Shown here piece after piece: positions 39,299 to 53,257 of a stretch of 64,000 bases of DNA. Source of the DNA: Chrysomallon squamiferum (Eukaryota > Animalia > Mollusca); the NCBI GenBank assembly GCA_012295275.1, contig CM022679.1, forward strand, positions 7,750,001-7,814,000, in the 5' to 3' direction. The notes under the pieces are model-generated. The model made no database searches. It was given only the letters and a program-made list of their open reading frames with translations, and was not told the origin of the DNA. The translations under genes and the position numbers were made by a program. Position 1 is the stretch's first letter, and each line of letters begins with the position of its first letter.

Positions 39299-42200
39299 AT
39301 GTCTGCGCCCATGGGTATGATGAATTGGCATGCTAATAATTATACTATTTTACTAATTATCAATGATCATAATTAATATAACAATGAAAACACGTGTCTT
39401 TAGCAATTTATTTTATAAACTGACAAACTGTCATTAAATGCACTCAAGCTGGAAAAGTGAATAATAATAATAACATTAACTGATTAAGATTAACAATATA
39501 TTATTTTTTTTTATATATGAATATCATTAATATCGGAGATCCGAGATATATACTCAGATTCAAAAATCAGACATTTAATTCCATTTGAGTCTTTGGCCCA
39601 TGACCATTATGATCATGCATTAGATCATTAGTCTTAGACCAATAGTTTTTCATTTAATGATGATACATTGATAATGATACATCATACAGTGATAGTATTA
39701 TCTCCTTTCTCAGATTTATAACTGTTCAGTGTTCACCGTCAAAATTAATAATAAATAAAATTTGATTCTTTCCAACAGCTGACAGTTGTATTACAAATAT
39801 ATATAACTAGTAATTATTATTAATATTCATGTCATGTCCTAACTATAAATAGGCACACTTTATAAAATTTATGTATCATTGTATGTGTAAATTTATATAC
39901 AAATGTCTCACCAGGCAGATTACATTTATAATAAAGTGCTGCGTAATATATGTGTTGCCTATCGGGTGACAATATCATGAATATGATGCCTTAAATGTAA
40001 TCTGCCTGGTGAGACATTTGTATATAAATTTACACGTACATAAATTTTGTGAGTTCTGACTGAACTTCTTTTATTTCCTTTTTTTTTTTTTTTTTTTTTG
40101 CAGATATTACCCTGGATAATTTGTCCACAGTGAGACATGTCATACTTATTCTGTCAGGGAAGGGAGGTGTTGGCAAAAGTACAGTTGCAACACAGATTAC
40201 CCTTGGACTCAAAGCTATTGGCAAAAAGGTTATATATTTTTTTTTTTTTTTTTTTTTTTTATTATAATAATAATATATATCATTTTTTTTTTCTTCAAAT
40301 TTAGTAAATTTTAAATAAATTATAAATGAATGTTTAATGAAAGTTTAATAAATATTAAACATAAAATTATATTTTCCAGTTATTATAATTAAATTTATTT
40401 TTTTTTTTACTATTGTTTAGTTGTTTTTTTTTTTTTTTTTTTTTTTTTAAATGTCTCTTTTTTATTAAATGTGACCCTGGTAGCAAATTCCTGTTATTAA
40501 GAGATCCACAAAGACAACAATGCTCATATCTATGATCTTATAAACATAGAAACAACTTTTATGTAAAATATATTATTTTATATACCATAAAATTTGTTTA
40601 ATATATTAATGAAATAGTAATTTGATATCTCTTGTAAATCTGTTGAATCTATGTTATAAGCAATTAATGACATTAAATCTAACTCATTTCAGGTTGGTAT
40701 TCTTGATGTTGACTTGTGTGGCCCTAGCATTCCCAAAATGTTTAATGTAGAAGGAAATGATGTCCATCAGTGTCTTGAAGGGTAAGTTTGAATTAAAAAG
40801 AAAAAAGAAAGAAGTAAAATAAAAAAGAAATATATAGATATACAGATAGACAGATAGATAGATAAATAATTAAAATATAATAAAAGAACAAAATAAAATT
40901 TGGATTACTACTGTTATCAGAATTTTCATTAGATAATGGATGAAATTGTGACTTTGTTTTTTTTTTCATAAAGTTTATGAATCTAAGATTTAGTTTTGTC
41001 TGTGATGGATACATTTTCAACAAATTTAATTTAAAAAATACTGATACTTAAAAAAATAAAGCAATCAGTAAACTTGTCTTTTAAATTAATTATTTTCTCT
41101 GAAGAATGTTTTATAATTTAATAAACAATGAATTGGGAATTGCCCTTTTCAAGAATGTTCCTGTCAAATTACTACATTTATGCACTCACACACTCATGTC
41201 TGCACACACACATTTATTATTTTTTATTTCTAGCTGGCTTCCAGTTTTTCCTGACAAAGATCAGAAAGTTGGTGTTATGTCAATTTCGTTTCTTCTTGAT
41301 GACAAAGATGATGCTGTAGTCTGGAGAGGACCTAAGAAAAACTGTAAGTTAATTGCAAAAATTATAAATTTATTTCATGTCTATTTTAATTATATTTATA
41401 TATACTTTATTTTAAAATATATTTTTTTTTTTATATATATATATATATACTAACTGAATAACAAATTTGAAATTTGAAATAAAGCTAACAGAGAATATAT
41501 TACTATTCAAAATGTTCACAGAACTGAAGTTAATGGATTTTTATTTTTAATTTGTATTCATTAGTATAACAAGATACATGTATTTAAGACTACAACAACT
41601 GTCAGTATTATGAGTATATTAAGGCATCACTGAAAAATACAGTTTGAAGAATTCATTAAATTGATAAAAACTGTGCTCATTATTGTACTGTCAATTTTGT
41701 GGAGATAACATATGCTATGACAAGAATTTAGAAAAGAATGAACTAAGTATCTTAAAATTGAACTTTAAACTTTACACGGCTGCTCAGCTTTTAACACAGA
41801 TTTGAAATTATTGTTTCAATTGTAACTGTGTAATGAAACCTCACTGTATTCAGGTTTTGTTACATATAACATTTTAAAAATGATTTTTAAATGAACCAGT
41901 TTTGTCTAATTAAATCTTTTTGCTAAATAAAACAAAGAAATTAAAACATTTTTTTTTTTTGACATTTAGTGTTTCCCATCTGGTTAGCAGTAAATTCTGT
42001 TAATAAAACAGTTTTTAACTGAAATTCACCTCTGTAGTTCTCTTATTCTTGTTCCAGCAGTGATAAAACAGTTTTTAACTGAAACAGTTTTTTAACGATG
42101 ATAAAACAGTTTTTAACTGAAATTCACCTCTGTATTTCTCTGTGTTCTTGTTCCAGCGATGATTAAACAGTTTCTGAGTGAGGTGTACTGGCATGACATC

Positions 42201-43508
42201 GACTACCTCATCATTGACACACCTCCAGGGACATCAGATGAACACATCACTGTGATGGAATGTCTGAGGGGCTACAACCCAGATGGAGCAGTCATTGTCA
42301 CAACTCCACAGGTAAGACAGATCAAAAATCATGCTTCACAAATTAGTATTGTCAGACATTGTTCAGCTCTGTTTTAAGCAAAGACCAGTATTAAAAAAAA
42401 AAAAAAAAAAAAAATTAAAAATACACCTACAAAACAAAAAGGCCCCAGTTAATAGGATGTATTCAGATTTTGTTTGGCGTGTATTATTAACTGGATGTTG
42501 ATTTTGATGTTAATTCTATTTTTCATTACAGGCTGTTGCTATTGGTGATGTTCGGAGAGAGTTGACGTTCTGTAAGAAGACGGGAATTCCGGTGATTGGC
42601 ATCATAGAAAACATGAGTGGTTTTGTCTGTCCTCACTGTTCTGTGAGTCTTCTTCTTCTTTTAGTGTTTTATAAACAGTCATCCATAATATTCATGCTAA
42701 AATGTAGAAGTAGGAGTTAGTGTTTTTGTTTCATATTTTTTTTTATTACATATGAAGATAAATACGATTAAGCATTTAAATCCACATACCATGTTGTTTA
42801 TTTGAAATAAATTTGGATACTTGTTATAAAATCTATATTAAAAAAAAAAAAAAAAAATAATAATAATAATAAAATTCAACATTCTAATAATAAAAATCCT
42901 AATGTTCTTCTGTGAAGACTGAAGTAAGAAATTATTAATAATTGTGATTTATTTATTTCTAAATTATTTTGGTTTTTTTTTATTTTTTGTTTGTTTTTTT
43001 AGGAGTGCACAAATATTTTTTCCCAAGGAGGAGGTGAAGCTTTGGCAAAACAGAATCGTGTTAGATTTTTAGGTGAGCTGTTCAGTTATGTATTTATTTA
43101 ATCATTCCTTTTCATAATACAGTTTTTTAATTAAATTATATACATATATATCTATATATTCATTATCAATTTATAATTTTTTTGCACACTTCTGAATAAA
43201 TCCATGCAATTAATAATAATAATTTTGTAATTTTAAAAATCAGTATTATCAAATAGTTTAATTTCTACTTAACTGAACTTTTCCATTCTTTTCAATTATT
43301 ATGTTAAAAAAAAAAAAAAAATAAAAATAAAAGTAAAAAGTTAATAATAATTTAATTTTTCAAGGTCGAATTCCACTGGACCCTCAAGTGGCTGCCTGCA
43401 TGGATGAAGGAAAAGATTTTAATGAGAATTGTCCCGAATCTCCAGCAGCCTGTAGCTGTTAACAACATTGTTCAGAAACTCATTGAAGTGGACCGCGACT
43501 TGCCTTAG
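39299..43508 (+). CDS. NUBP2: Cytosolic Fe-S cluster assembly factor NUBP2 (Cfd1), Mrp/NBP35 P-loop NTPase, 8 coding exons
   Basis: Exons 39299-39314, 40104-40228, 40693-40781, 41234-41343, 42157-42311, 42532-42642, 43003-43072, 43365-43508. Motifs [48 protein letters not shown]. No N-terminal Cys cluster, so NUBP2 rather than NUBP1. One extra base near 43450. Confidence 0.93.
39860..40055. repeat. Long inverted repeat / MITE-like foldback in NUBP2 intron 1
   Basis: 49-bp arms 39880-39928 and 39992-40040 with one mismatch, extendable across a bulge. Confidence 0.85.
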
Positions 43509-43700
43509 TGTTAACAAACTGTTACCAGAAAAGAAAAAAAAAAAGAAAAATTCTTATTATGAAATATATGCATAGAGCAGAGAGGCTTGTTTTTTTTTCT
43601 CTAGCCCAGTTGTTTCAGATTTCATTGTCACAAGAATGGGCAGTAAATGTATTACTGCATAAAATATCAGTTGTTCTGTAGTTACAGCTCTCTGAGCTGT

Positions 43701-43732
<32 letters not shown>

Positions 43733-44735
43733 TTTAGATTAGTTTCTGTCACTTTAGATAAATGTTCACAGTGAAATAATGAAAAACTCAAACTGGCTCA
43801 AATTCGTTATATATACAAATCCAAACCAGTTGTTTTTTTTTTGTTTTTTTTTTAAAATTTTATTGTTGTCATCTGTTAAGTTTTGTTTTTCTTTACAGCA
43901 AAATTCATTTTATTATTAAAGTCATATTCATTATAATGATAATCTAAAATCATGGATTCACCCCATATAAATTATTAGTTGCCATTGTCAGTGTTACTAA
44001 ATAGATAAGTTGGGTGTTTGTTATTTTATTTTGAAAAAAATTACCCATTTAAGCTAAATAAGAACTAGATCACAGGTCATACTTTATTTAACAGATAAAT
44101 CTTAAAGATAATTTTAAGAGAATTATCAAACTTGTCATTTATCAAACTTTGATATAATTTGTAATTAAAACTTTTTTTTTTTAATTTTTTTTTTTTTATC
44201 AGTGGTAATTTAACCACTACAAGTTTATGAATGATAGGTCCATAATTAAAACAAGCCTGTCTAGGACAAATCAGAATCCTGTCTCCCTGAGAATCACTAA
44301 AAAAAAAAAAAAATTTATTAAATATTTGATTTTTCAAACACTTGCAAGTGTATATATATATTGATATAAACATCTATATCTTTCTTTTTTTTTGTTTTAA
44401 ATAATTTTATTTCTTACAATGGGACCAACAGTATTTGTTAAATGCTGTATATGCAAGACATATTTTACTATTGCATTATATTTATGTAGCTTTCAGTTCA
44501 AACAAAGGTTAAAAAATATTTAACAAATAAAATTTTTATATGTAGCTTTAATTGAAGATGTTCTGTCATATTTGTATGATTCATTTGCTAATTAAAATCA
44601 TGTATCATGTTTACCTATTGATTTCATTCAGTGTGTATCAGAATAGACTGAAGTGTACGGTAATCACAGTTTGGCCACATTCTTTGGTGCAATTTTAACA
44701 TGACAGCATGGTGCTTGTAATTTAATTTTTGTAAA

Positions 44736-44772
<37 letters not shown>

Positions 44773-47700
44773 TAGGGACCACAAGGCTTTGAATATTTGA
44801 AATTTCAAATACCAGTCACTCGTTAGTCCAAATGTAGCAGTGCCACATGTCTCTAAGGCTTGTTCAGTGATGATGTTTTTTGTTTTTTTTAAGATTACTT
44901 TCATATATTTTTTTAATGTACAACATGAATAACATTTTATTGACAGACTATGTGAAAAATTTTCATATATATACACACACACACACACTGCTACATATAT
45001 TTCTTTATAAACTGTATCTGATGTACTTGATTATTATTCTTCAAAGTATTTGAGATTTGAAATTTGATTTGATTGGAAAATTGAGATTTGCAGGATACAC
45101 ACACGCACATATTTATGTATGTATGTATGTATGTATGTTGAAAATGTTGATTATAGAATCTCTTTTATTGAAGGATTTTTATGTTGTAGCATTTAAACTT
45201 GAACAATTAAGAAAAAAGGAAACAGAATCATTCAAAAAATTAATAATTGTGTTAATCATTGTTTCATTTTAATCAGTATTTGCTATGTATGCCTTTCACA
45301 GCTTTGCCTTTGAAAATTTATCATTTTCAACACATTTAAATTAGCAAGCTAAATTCCAGTCTGTTCTGTTGATGCTGACTGGGTATATCAGTCATGTTCT
45401 TGTTAAGGAAAGTCTTCTCAGGTAACAAATATGTTTCATTTTATTACTATCAGCTGTTTCAGTGTGCCCCATATTGTCAAAAAAAAAAAAAAAAATATTA
45501 ATAATAATAAAAATTGATTATCAGAAGTAAACAGAATAAAGATGTGTTGTTTATGTACACATGGGGGTGGAAGTTAATGGTTAGTAGTATCCATCGGCCG
45601 ATTTAAGAAAACGATTATTTTTAACGTGTGTGTAATAATGTAAGGATGTTTATGTTGAAACAGAGGTTTCTAAAAAAAAAAAATAAAATAATAAAATAAA
45701 TAAATAATTAAGAAATTTGAAAGGTTATCATAGTCAGATTGATATAAATAATCATTTAGTAATTCCAGGTGTTAAAGTATGTGATGATGTAAGAATGTTA
45801 TAAGTATGTTATCTTTGACATTAAACAGAAGTTTCTTTTAAAAAAATAATAATAATAAATAAATTAATTATAAATAAGAGGAAGAAGAAAAGAAATTAAT
45901 ATTGTATAGAGGTTATCTTTAATCAGATTTATGTAAATAATTATTTACTAATTCCAGGTGTTAAAGTATATGTGATGATGTAAGGATGTTGGTTTTAAAA
46001 ATACAGAAGGTAAAAAAACAACATGTATGTATGACAGTTAAATTTGAACAAAACTAAAAACAAGAAAGCATTATCGAAAGCTGACATGTTACATCAAGTT
46101 TGTACAGTAACTATGGATCTAGAGATACTGCTTTAAATATGTATTAAAAATTAAAAACAAACATTTCTTTTTATTTTATTTTATTTATTTTTTTAAGTGT
46201 GACTCACAGAAGTACAAATCAAACAATAAAATCACAAACTTTATAATAATTTACATTAACAGTATTTTATTTATACTGATCTAAATTGATAAACTCATAT
46301 AAAAATGTGTAGCCCAGTAATAAAATAATTTTACAAACATCTTAATGCAAATAATTAAATAAAACAATATTTTACATTTCAGTGTCTCAGTAGATTTTAA
46401 TTTTGAGTAGTTGTATTTCAAATATTGATGGTAAGTGTGCTTTAATAATACAATATTGGTACAATAATTCTTTTTTTGAAAAAAAGAAAGAAGTAAGAAT
46501 CCCTCAAAAAACAATTGCTGAAAGTTGTCAAATAAAATAAAATCTTTCCCAAACTGTTAATCACAGCAGTATAAAATTGATAAAAATTCTGAATACAAAT
46601 ATATGTTCTTAGTATAAGCCATTAATTTAGCACCAGTACAAAATATTTTCTGCTTAACTAACAACTTGCACTCTTTAACATATAAACCAGTATATGGAAA
46701 CCACAGAAAAAAAGGATACAAGTCAAAGAAATAAAAAAATTTCTTATTCAGTTATTTGAGATATTGTGCTGAACTGAATAACTCCAAGATTCAATACTAA
46801 AATTAGAAAGAACAGAAAGTACCATCATCTTCCTACACCTTAAAATGTAGCAACATTTTGAAAACAATAACAAAAATATTTGCTCCGATTTAAAGTTTTC
46901 TCTGTGTTCTTTGAGTAGGTGTACTTTAATATTAAATAGTTTATAACAAGTAACAAGTGTGATATTACAATATACAAATAAAAGAACATTAAAATATAAA
47001 AAAAAACAAACAAAAAAACAAAAAAAAAAAGTTTCTAAATATATAACACTGGTTATTCATGTATATTAATAATTAAAGTAACAGTAAAAATAAATTTAAT
47101 TTATACAAAACATTAAATTTAGATTCAAGAATTCAAGTAAAAAAAAAAAAAAAAAAATATTTGTACTTCCCATACAAAAGGAATTATAAATATTTAAATA
47201 GAAGATAACACAATAATTTACTACTGATCTTCAGTGAAGTAAAATTTCAAGCTAGACATAAAAGAAGAGATATCTACTAATTGTATTCTATAAATTATTT
47301 CTAAAATGTGCTAACAGATCAAGTAAATAATAAAAAAAAAAATATGTATGTACAAAACTTCAAAATTGTTCAAAAATGAAGATATCCTTTAAATACAAAT
47401 AAGAGTTAACTCTGATTACTATTATTAATATTTTTTATGGATACTATTATTAAAGAACAGATTGTCACATTCATCAAAAACAATTACAACAGTTACAAAA
47501 TGTAATAAATATTTTGACAGATCAACAAAAAAATTAAACAATTCTGTACATGAAAATTTTAAAAAAAAATATTTAAAAAAAAAATATTCCTGAATATTTT
47601 AGATTTAAAGCATTAAAAAAGAATCAATATTTAGATTTTGAAAAACCTTAACAATTCTGTTAACAAAACAGTTTTAAAAAACTATATAAAATAAAAATAT

Positions 47701-49215
47701 TCTAAAATAAAAATATTTAAAACATTAAGAATCACTACCTAGATTCTGAAAAATGCAAACAGGACTGTAGTCTATGAATCCACCATTTTCATGTACAAAT
47801 TTAGTATTTTTTTTACATTTCAACCAGTGATGGTACATCAAAAGCCATTTATGTTCTTTTCTGTCTAAATGAAAATGCATATAAAAAGATTTCATGCTGC
47901 TGATCTATCAGAATAGTTTCCTCTCACAAATATCTTTATGTAAGTCGTAATTTACCATGACATCATAATATTTATCACCGAGATCTTTCCACAGATAAAC
48001 AAAATTCATTATGATTAAAGAAATAACAGAAATCAATCTTCATTCCCAGTGAAGATGATAATAAACATCTTTTTAAAAACTGATTTTACATAATAAACAT
48101 TAATTGGACGGAAATCTATTTATATCTGTACATGATTTGGTTAAAAAAACTTTTTTTAAATAAAAAAATTATGTTAACAATTACTGACCATAAATGCAAA
48201 AAAAAAATGCATAAAAAGAATTTTTTAAAAATTAGAAATGCTAAATTAAGCATTTACAAATTATAAAATTACAAAAATTTCAAATAAAGCATTTCAGCTA
48301 GAAATCTTTAATGCTGATAGTGAAGAATTTCCGAACAAAACAGAAAAACTAATTTTGATTGAAACATTTCACAAATGAATAAATTATAAAAAAAGGTCTG
48401 TTATAATTATATATAACATGATCTAAAATGCACATCACACTTTGTCAAACAGTTAATATTAAGGAAAATGTCATAGGATAACAATCTTTAACAGCCATGA
48501 TGATATTTTCTAGACAAATATCACAAAACATACACTAGGCAGCACAGCCTATTAATAATATTTTTATGAAAAGCTTCAAAGGTACACTTTGTGTGTACGT
48601 TTAATTTGTATACAGGTGTATGGCTTATACAGCTAAACTTGTAAAAAGTATGAAGATAAAAAATATATTTTAATCCTGAGACTTCACTGCATCTATACTT
48701 TGTATGAAAATATTTCCCTGGCATTAACAAATAAAGAAACTAATTCATTCACAAATTCATTAATAATTATATATATATATTAAAACTAAATTTAAAAAAT
48801 CAAATGATGCTTTTAAACTCCTTTGGGTGTTGTTTTAACAGTGGCATATAAATAAATAACAATATCACACTATAGGCAATATTTTCTCCTAAATGGAATG
48901 ATTGAGACCTAAATCTAATTTACTAAGAACAAAAACAAATAAGACAACTGGAAATTCAGGAAAAAAAATGGAATTTGTAAAATATAAGTAGCAAATATTT
49001 TCATTCAAAATACCTTCACTTTACAAATATTTTTTCAGAATAAAATTTTCTCATAATATATAGTAAATACAATACACTACAGTTACTTACAACAGTTACA
49101 CCCCCCAAAACAATATATCCAATCATAATATACACAAATGTATACTAAAAAAAAATTAATAATATCCAGTCCTTGAAAGACACTTGCACTTAAAACAGAA
49201 AATATTCACGTTTGC

Positions 49216-49696
49216 CTAGCAACACCAGCTTAGGCATCCACTTTTTATTTCATTTGATTCCACCTGGCTTCGAGCAAAATTAATAAACACTTGTTCCAGA
49301 GTTGTCTGCCCTACGAGGTAATCTTCAATGTTGTAAGATGCTTTTGCTCTTTCCATGATTCCGAACAGCTGTGCCCATGTAAAGTTTTTATCAGTTATCT
49401 GGTAGTGCAGCATGCACTGGTGCACGTCCTTGAGAATGCTCTGACTGAAGGTTTGCTCTATGAAGGTCATCAGAGGTCGAAGGTCAGGGTTGGGGTTAAC
49501 ATCAGTGCTGGCCACTTTGACAATGAGGGTGTAGCCCTCTCCGAATTTGTTCTTGAGATGTTGTGGGCTGCCCAGACATTTGAACTGACCATTGACCATG
49601 ACTGCAAGTCTGGTGCACAGAGCCTCACATTCCTCCATGCTGAAACCATAATGATTTTATTCTTAGAAAAAAATTGGTAATAATAATAATAATAAC

Positions 49697-49728
<32 letters not shown>

Positions 49729-52700
49729 TAATTAATAAAAAATAATAAATAAATAAAAAATAAATAAAAAATAAAACAAAAAAAATAAAATAAAATAAAA
49801 TAAAATAAATAAAATATTACTTCAATTCTAAAATGAATAATGATTTTAATTCTTAAAAAAAAAAAAAAACCCAGTTGACAGACCTGTGTGACGTCAGAAT
49901 GAGAGTTTTTCCACTGTCTCGTACTGCTGCCAGGGCATCCCACAACAGTCGCCTAGCAACAGGATCCATTCCGGTGGTTGGCTCATCCAGCAAAATTATG
50001 GGTGGGTTTCCAATCAAAGCTATAGCAGTGCTCAGTTTGCGTTTATTTCCTCCGCTAAAAATAACAAACTCATTAATTTGAATCAGTTATATCTCACAGA
50101 GATTTTCATCTCATTCATATAAATTGAAAAAAAAAAAAAAAAACTGAAAAAAGAAAAGGAAAAAAAAAAAAAAAAACACCAGTAGAATATATGAACAAAC
50201 AAACAAAATAAATAAATAAATAAAGATACAACAAATTCATTTTTTTTTAAAGCCAAAACAACTAGAACTTATCGTAACTAAGGCAACCTCCTCAACAAAT
50301 CAGTTCTTACAAAGTAACTGTTTTGAGACAAGACAACTCAGTTCCTTGTATTATTCCAAAACTTCAAGAAGAAAAAAAAATAATAATAAAATAAAATAAT
50401 AATAATAACAAGAAGGAGAAGAAGACAATAACAAGAGAGTAGAAACCTAAATAAGAAGAGGTGAAGAAGAAGCTGACATTACCTGTACGTTTTTGACAGC
50501 TTGTCGGCATGTTCGGTGAGCAGGAGAGAGTGAATCATGTTCTGCACCATGTCCTTGATCTGACACTCAACCACTCCACGCAGTCTGGCAAACATCACTA
50601 ATATCTCTCTGCCGGTCAGTTCTCCAATCAGTGCATCAAACTGTGGGCAGTAACCCAGTCTCTGCTGAACCTACTCAAACAAACAGTCTCATTACTGGCA
50701 TCTGTTTATCTGTAGTTTCAATTATCTGTTCATCTATCTTCCAGTCTGTCTGTGTATTTTTATCTGTGTATCTGTCTGTATTATTAACCATTTAACACTA
50801 CTTACTTTCATCTTTCTATTTTTCCTTGTGAAATGTTATTGTCTGACTGATATTTTAATTAATACAACATGGACATATATTTTTTTCTTTTTTTGTATGT
50901 TTATACAATTCTTTCGAAAAGTAATTGTCATGTAAACAATATTTTGAAATGAAAAGACATAAACAACATTCAGAATGAAAAATGACATTTAGAAAACTGA
51001 AAATGTCCAATAATAATATTAACTACAACTTGTGAAAAACAAATTCTTGTTTTTCTCTTTAGGAAATAAATTTTTCAAGCAAGTATATTTGAAGACAAAA
51101 TGCAGCACCAGTTACTCTGTAAACTTTATTATTTAATGCTACAATTATATCAAAAATTAAAATTTCTGTAATTATTTTAATAGCTGCACTATTTTTACTG
51201 TTATATAAATAAATCAAATAAAAAAATTCTGTAATTATTTTAACAGTGGGACTATTTTTACCGTTATATAAATAAATATGTGATAAAAATTCTATAATTA
51301 TTTTTAACAATTACACTACTTTTGCTGTTTTACAAATAAAGCAAAGATAAAAATATACGTAATTATTTTTGTTGTGGTAAGAATCCTAATTTCAGGGATT
51401 TTGAATCTTGAGAATAGGGTTTTGTCATCAAACTCGCCTGTTTTATCCGCATCATCATCACACTCACTGTTTTATCTGCGTCATCGTCAAAACTCACCTG
51501 TTTTATCTGCGTCATCATCAAACTCACCTGTTTTATCTGCGTCATCATCAAACTCACCTGTTTTATCCATGTCATCATCAAAACTCGCCTGTTTTATCCG
51601 CGTCATCATCAAACTCACCTGTTTTATCTGCGTCTTCATCAAACTCACCTGTTTTATCCATGTCATCATCAAACTCACCTGTTTTATCCGTGTCATCATC
51701 AAACTCACCTGTTTTATCCATGTCATCATCAAAACTTGCCTGTTTTATCCATGTCATCATCAAAACTCGCCTGTTTTATCCATGTCATCATCAAACTCAC
51801 CTGTTTTATCCGTGTCATCATCAAACTCACCTGTTTTATCCATGTCATCATCAAAACTTGCCTGTTTTATCCGTGTCATCATCAAAACTCACCTGTTTTA
51901 TCTGCGTCTTCACGTTCTTCATGTCAATGTATGCAAAGCCGTCCGTCATCAGCTCGTCCCCAGTCAACATCTTGAACGTTGTCGTTTTGCCCGCTCCGTT
52001 TATTCCCAGCAGCCCGAAGCACTCGCCCTGCGGAATTCCAACGCTGACGTGATTCACGGCGCACACAGACGCGTAATTCTTCACCACCTCCTTCAGGATG
52101 AGCTTGTCGCTCTGGAACAAGTCGAACAGCGGAGAGTTTGCCAGCCTCGCCCTCTCCCTGGCGACGTCTTCGTCTTCCTGGATGTGGGCGTCGATGGCAT
52201 GCACCTGCTGCACTGGCTGCATCACCGACTTGGCCGAGAAGCAGACTTTGTTGAAAAACTGACTGAGGATTCTCGATTCGATGAGAAAGATCATGCTGGA
52301 GTAGAAGACGAACTGGACAGCGAGGAAAAACAGCATTCGACCAATGCCTTTCGCCTCCCACCCCAGGTAGTTGGTGTTGAACTCGGCGCAGAATGTACCG
52401 CAGTTGTCTGTCATTTAAAAAAAAAAAAAAAAGTTATTTATTATTTTCATGTAGACAGAATATCTCAAATACTATGAAAACGATGTGTATCTGTAAACTT
52501 GTGTATTTATATAAATATTTTTTAAAATTAATGAGAAAAAGTAGTAAATATTCTCCTGTTTCCACATTAATGGGCTTTATTGGAACAAATCAATAACTTC
52601 TAAGAATACAAAATATCAATTAACCAATACAAAAAAACACACATTTTGTTTTAGGAGGGTGGGGGTAATAAGACAACCTCAGAGAGTAAACAGGCTGTCT

Positions 52701-53218
52701 CCACATCAATTTAGAAATACTCAGTCTTTTAACAATATTAATAATAAATACAACAATAACAGTAATAGTAATAATAACAACAACAATAACAGTAATAGTA
52801 ATAATAAAAAAATAATAACAACTATAACAATAACCAAAATAATAATAATAAAAATAGAAACAACATAATAATAAAACTAAAACTAAAACTACAACAACAA
52901 CAATATTAATAAAAAAGATTGTCTCTACCTTTACAGCAAGGATTCGTTATGTTCAAACGAACAAGTATTGGACAAAATGCAGAAGCTTTTTCGCAGACAC
53001 TTAAGAACTCATAGTTGTTGTAGATGTCTTGAAGTCCTTGACTGAGGCAGTAGTTAGGAAATACAGCCAGGAAAATCCACTCCAACATCCTGGCAACATT
53101 CTGTAGCTCCAGCTGTGGAATTGCCAATATTAGCACAGTCAACAGTGTGGCAATACCTGTAGAAAATGTCCAGTTATGAATGTATTGAATAAAGTTATAA
53201 TTGCATAAAAAAACTGCA

Positions 53219-53257
<39 letters not shown>

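Noticed and set aside
45720-45995. ~80-bp diverged direct repeat containing GTGATGA (box C-like)
   Set aside because: No box D or terminal stem; looks like a local duplication in UTR/intergenic DNA
51374-52477. 367-aa plus-strand ORF and other overlapping ORFs
   Set aside because: Antisense to a GC-rich ABCA exon plus the stop-poor minisatellite
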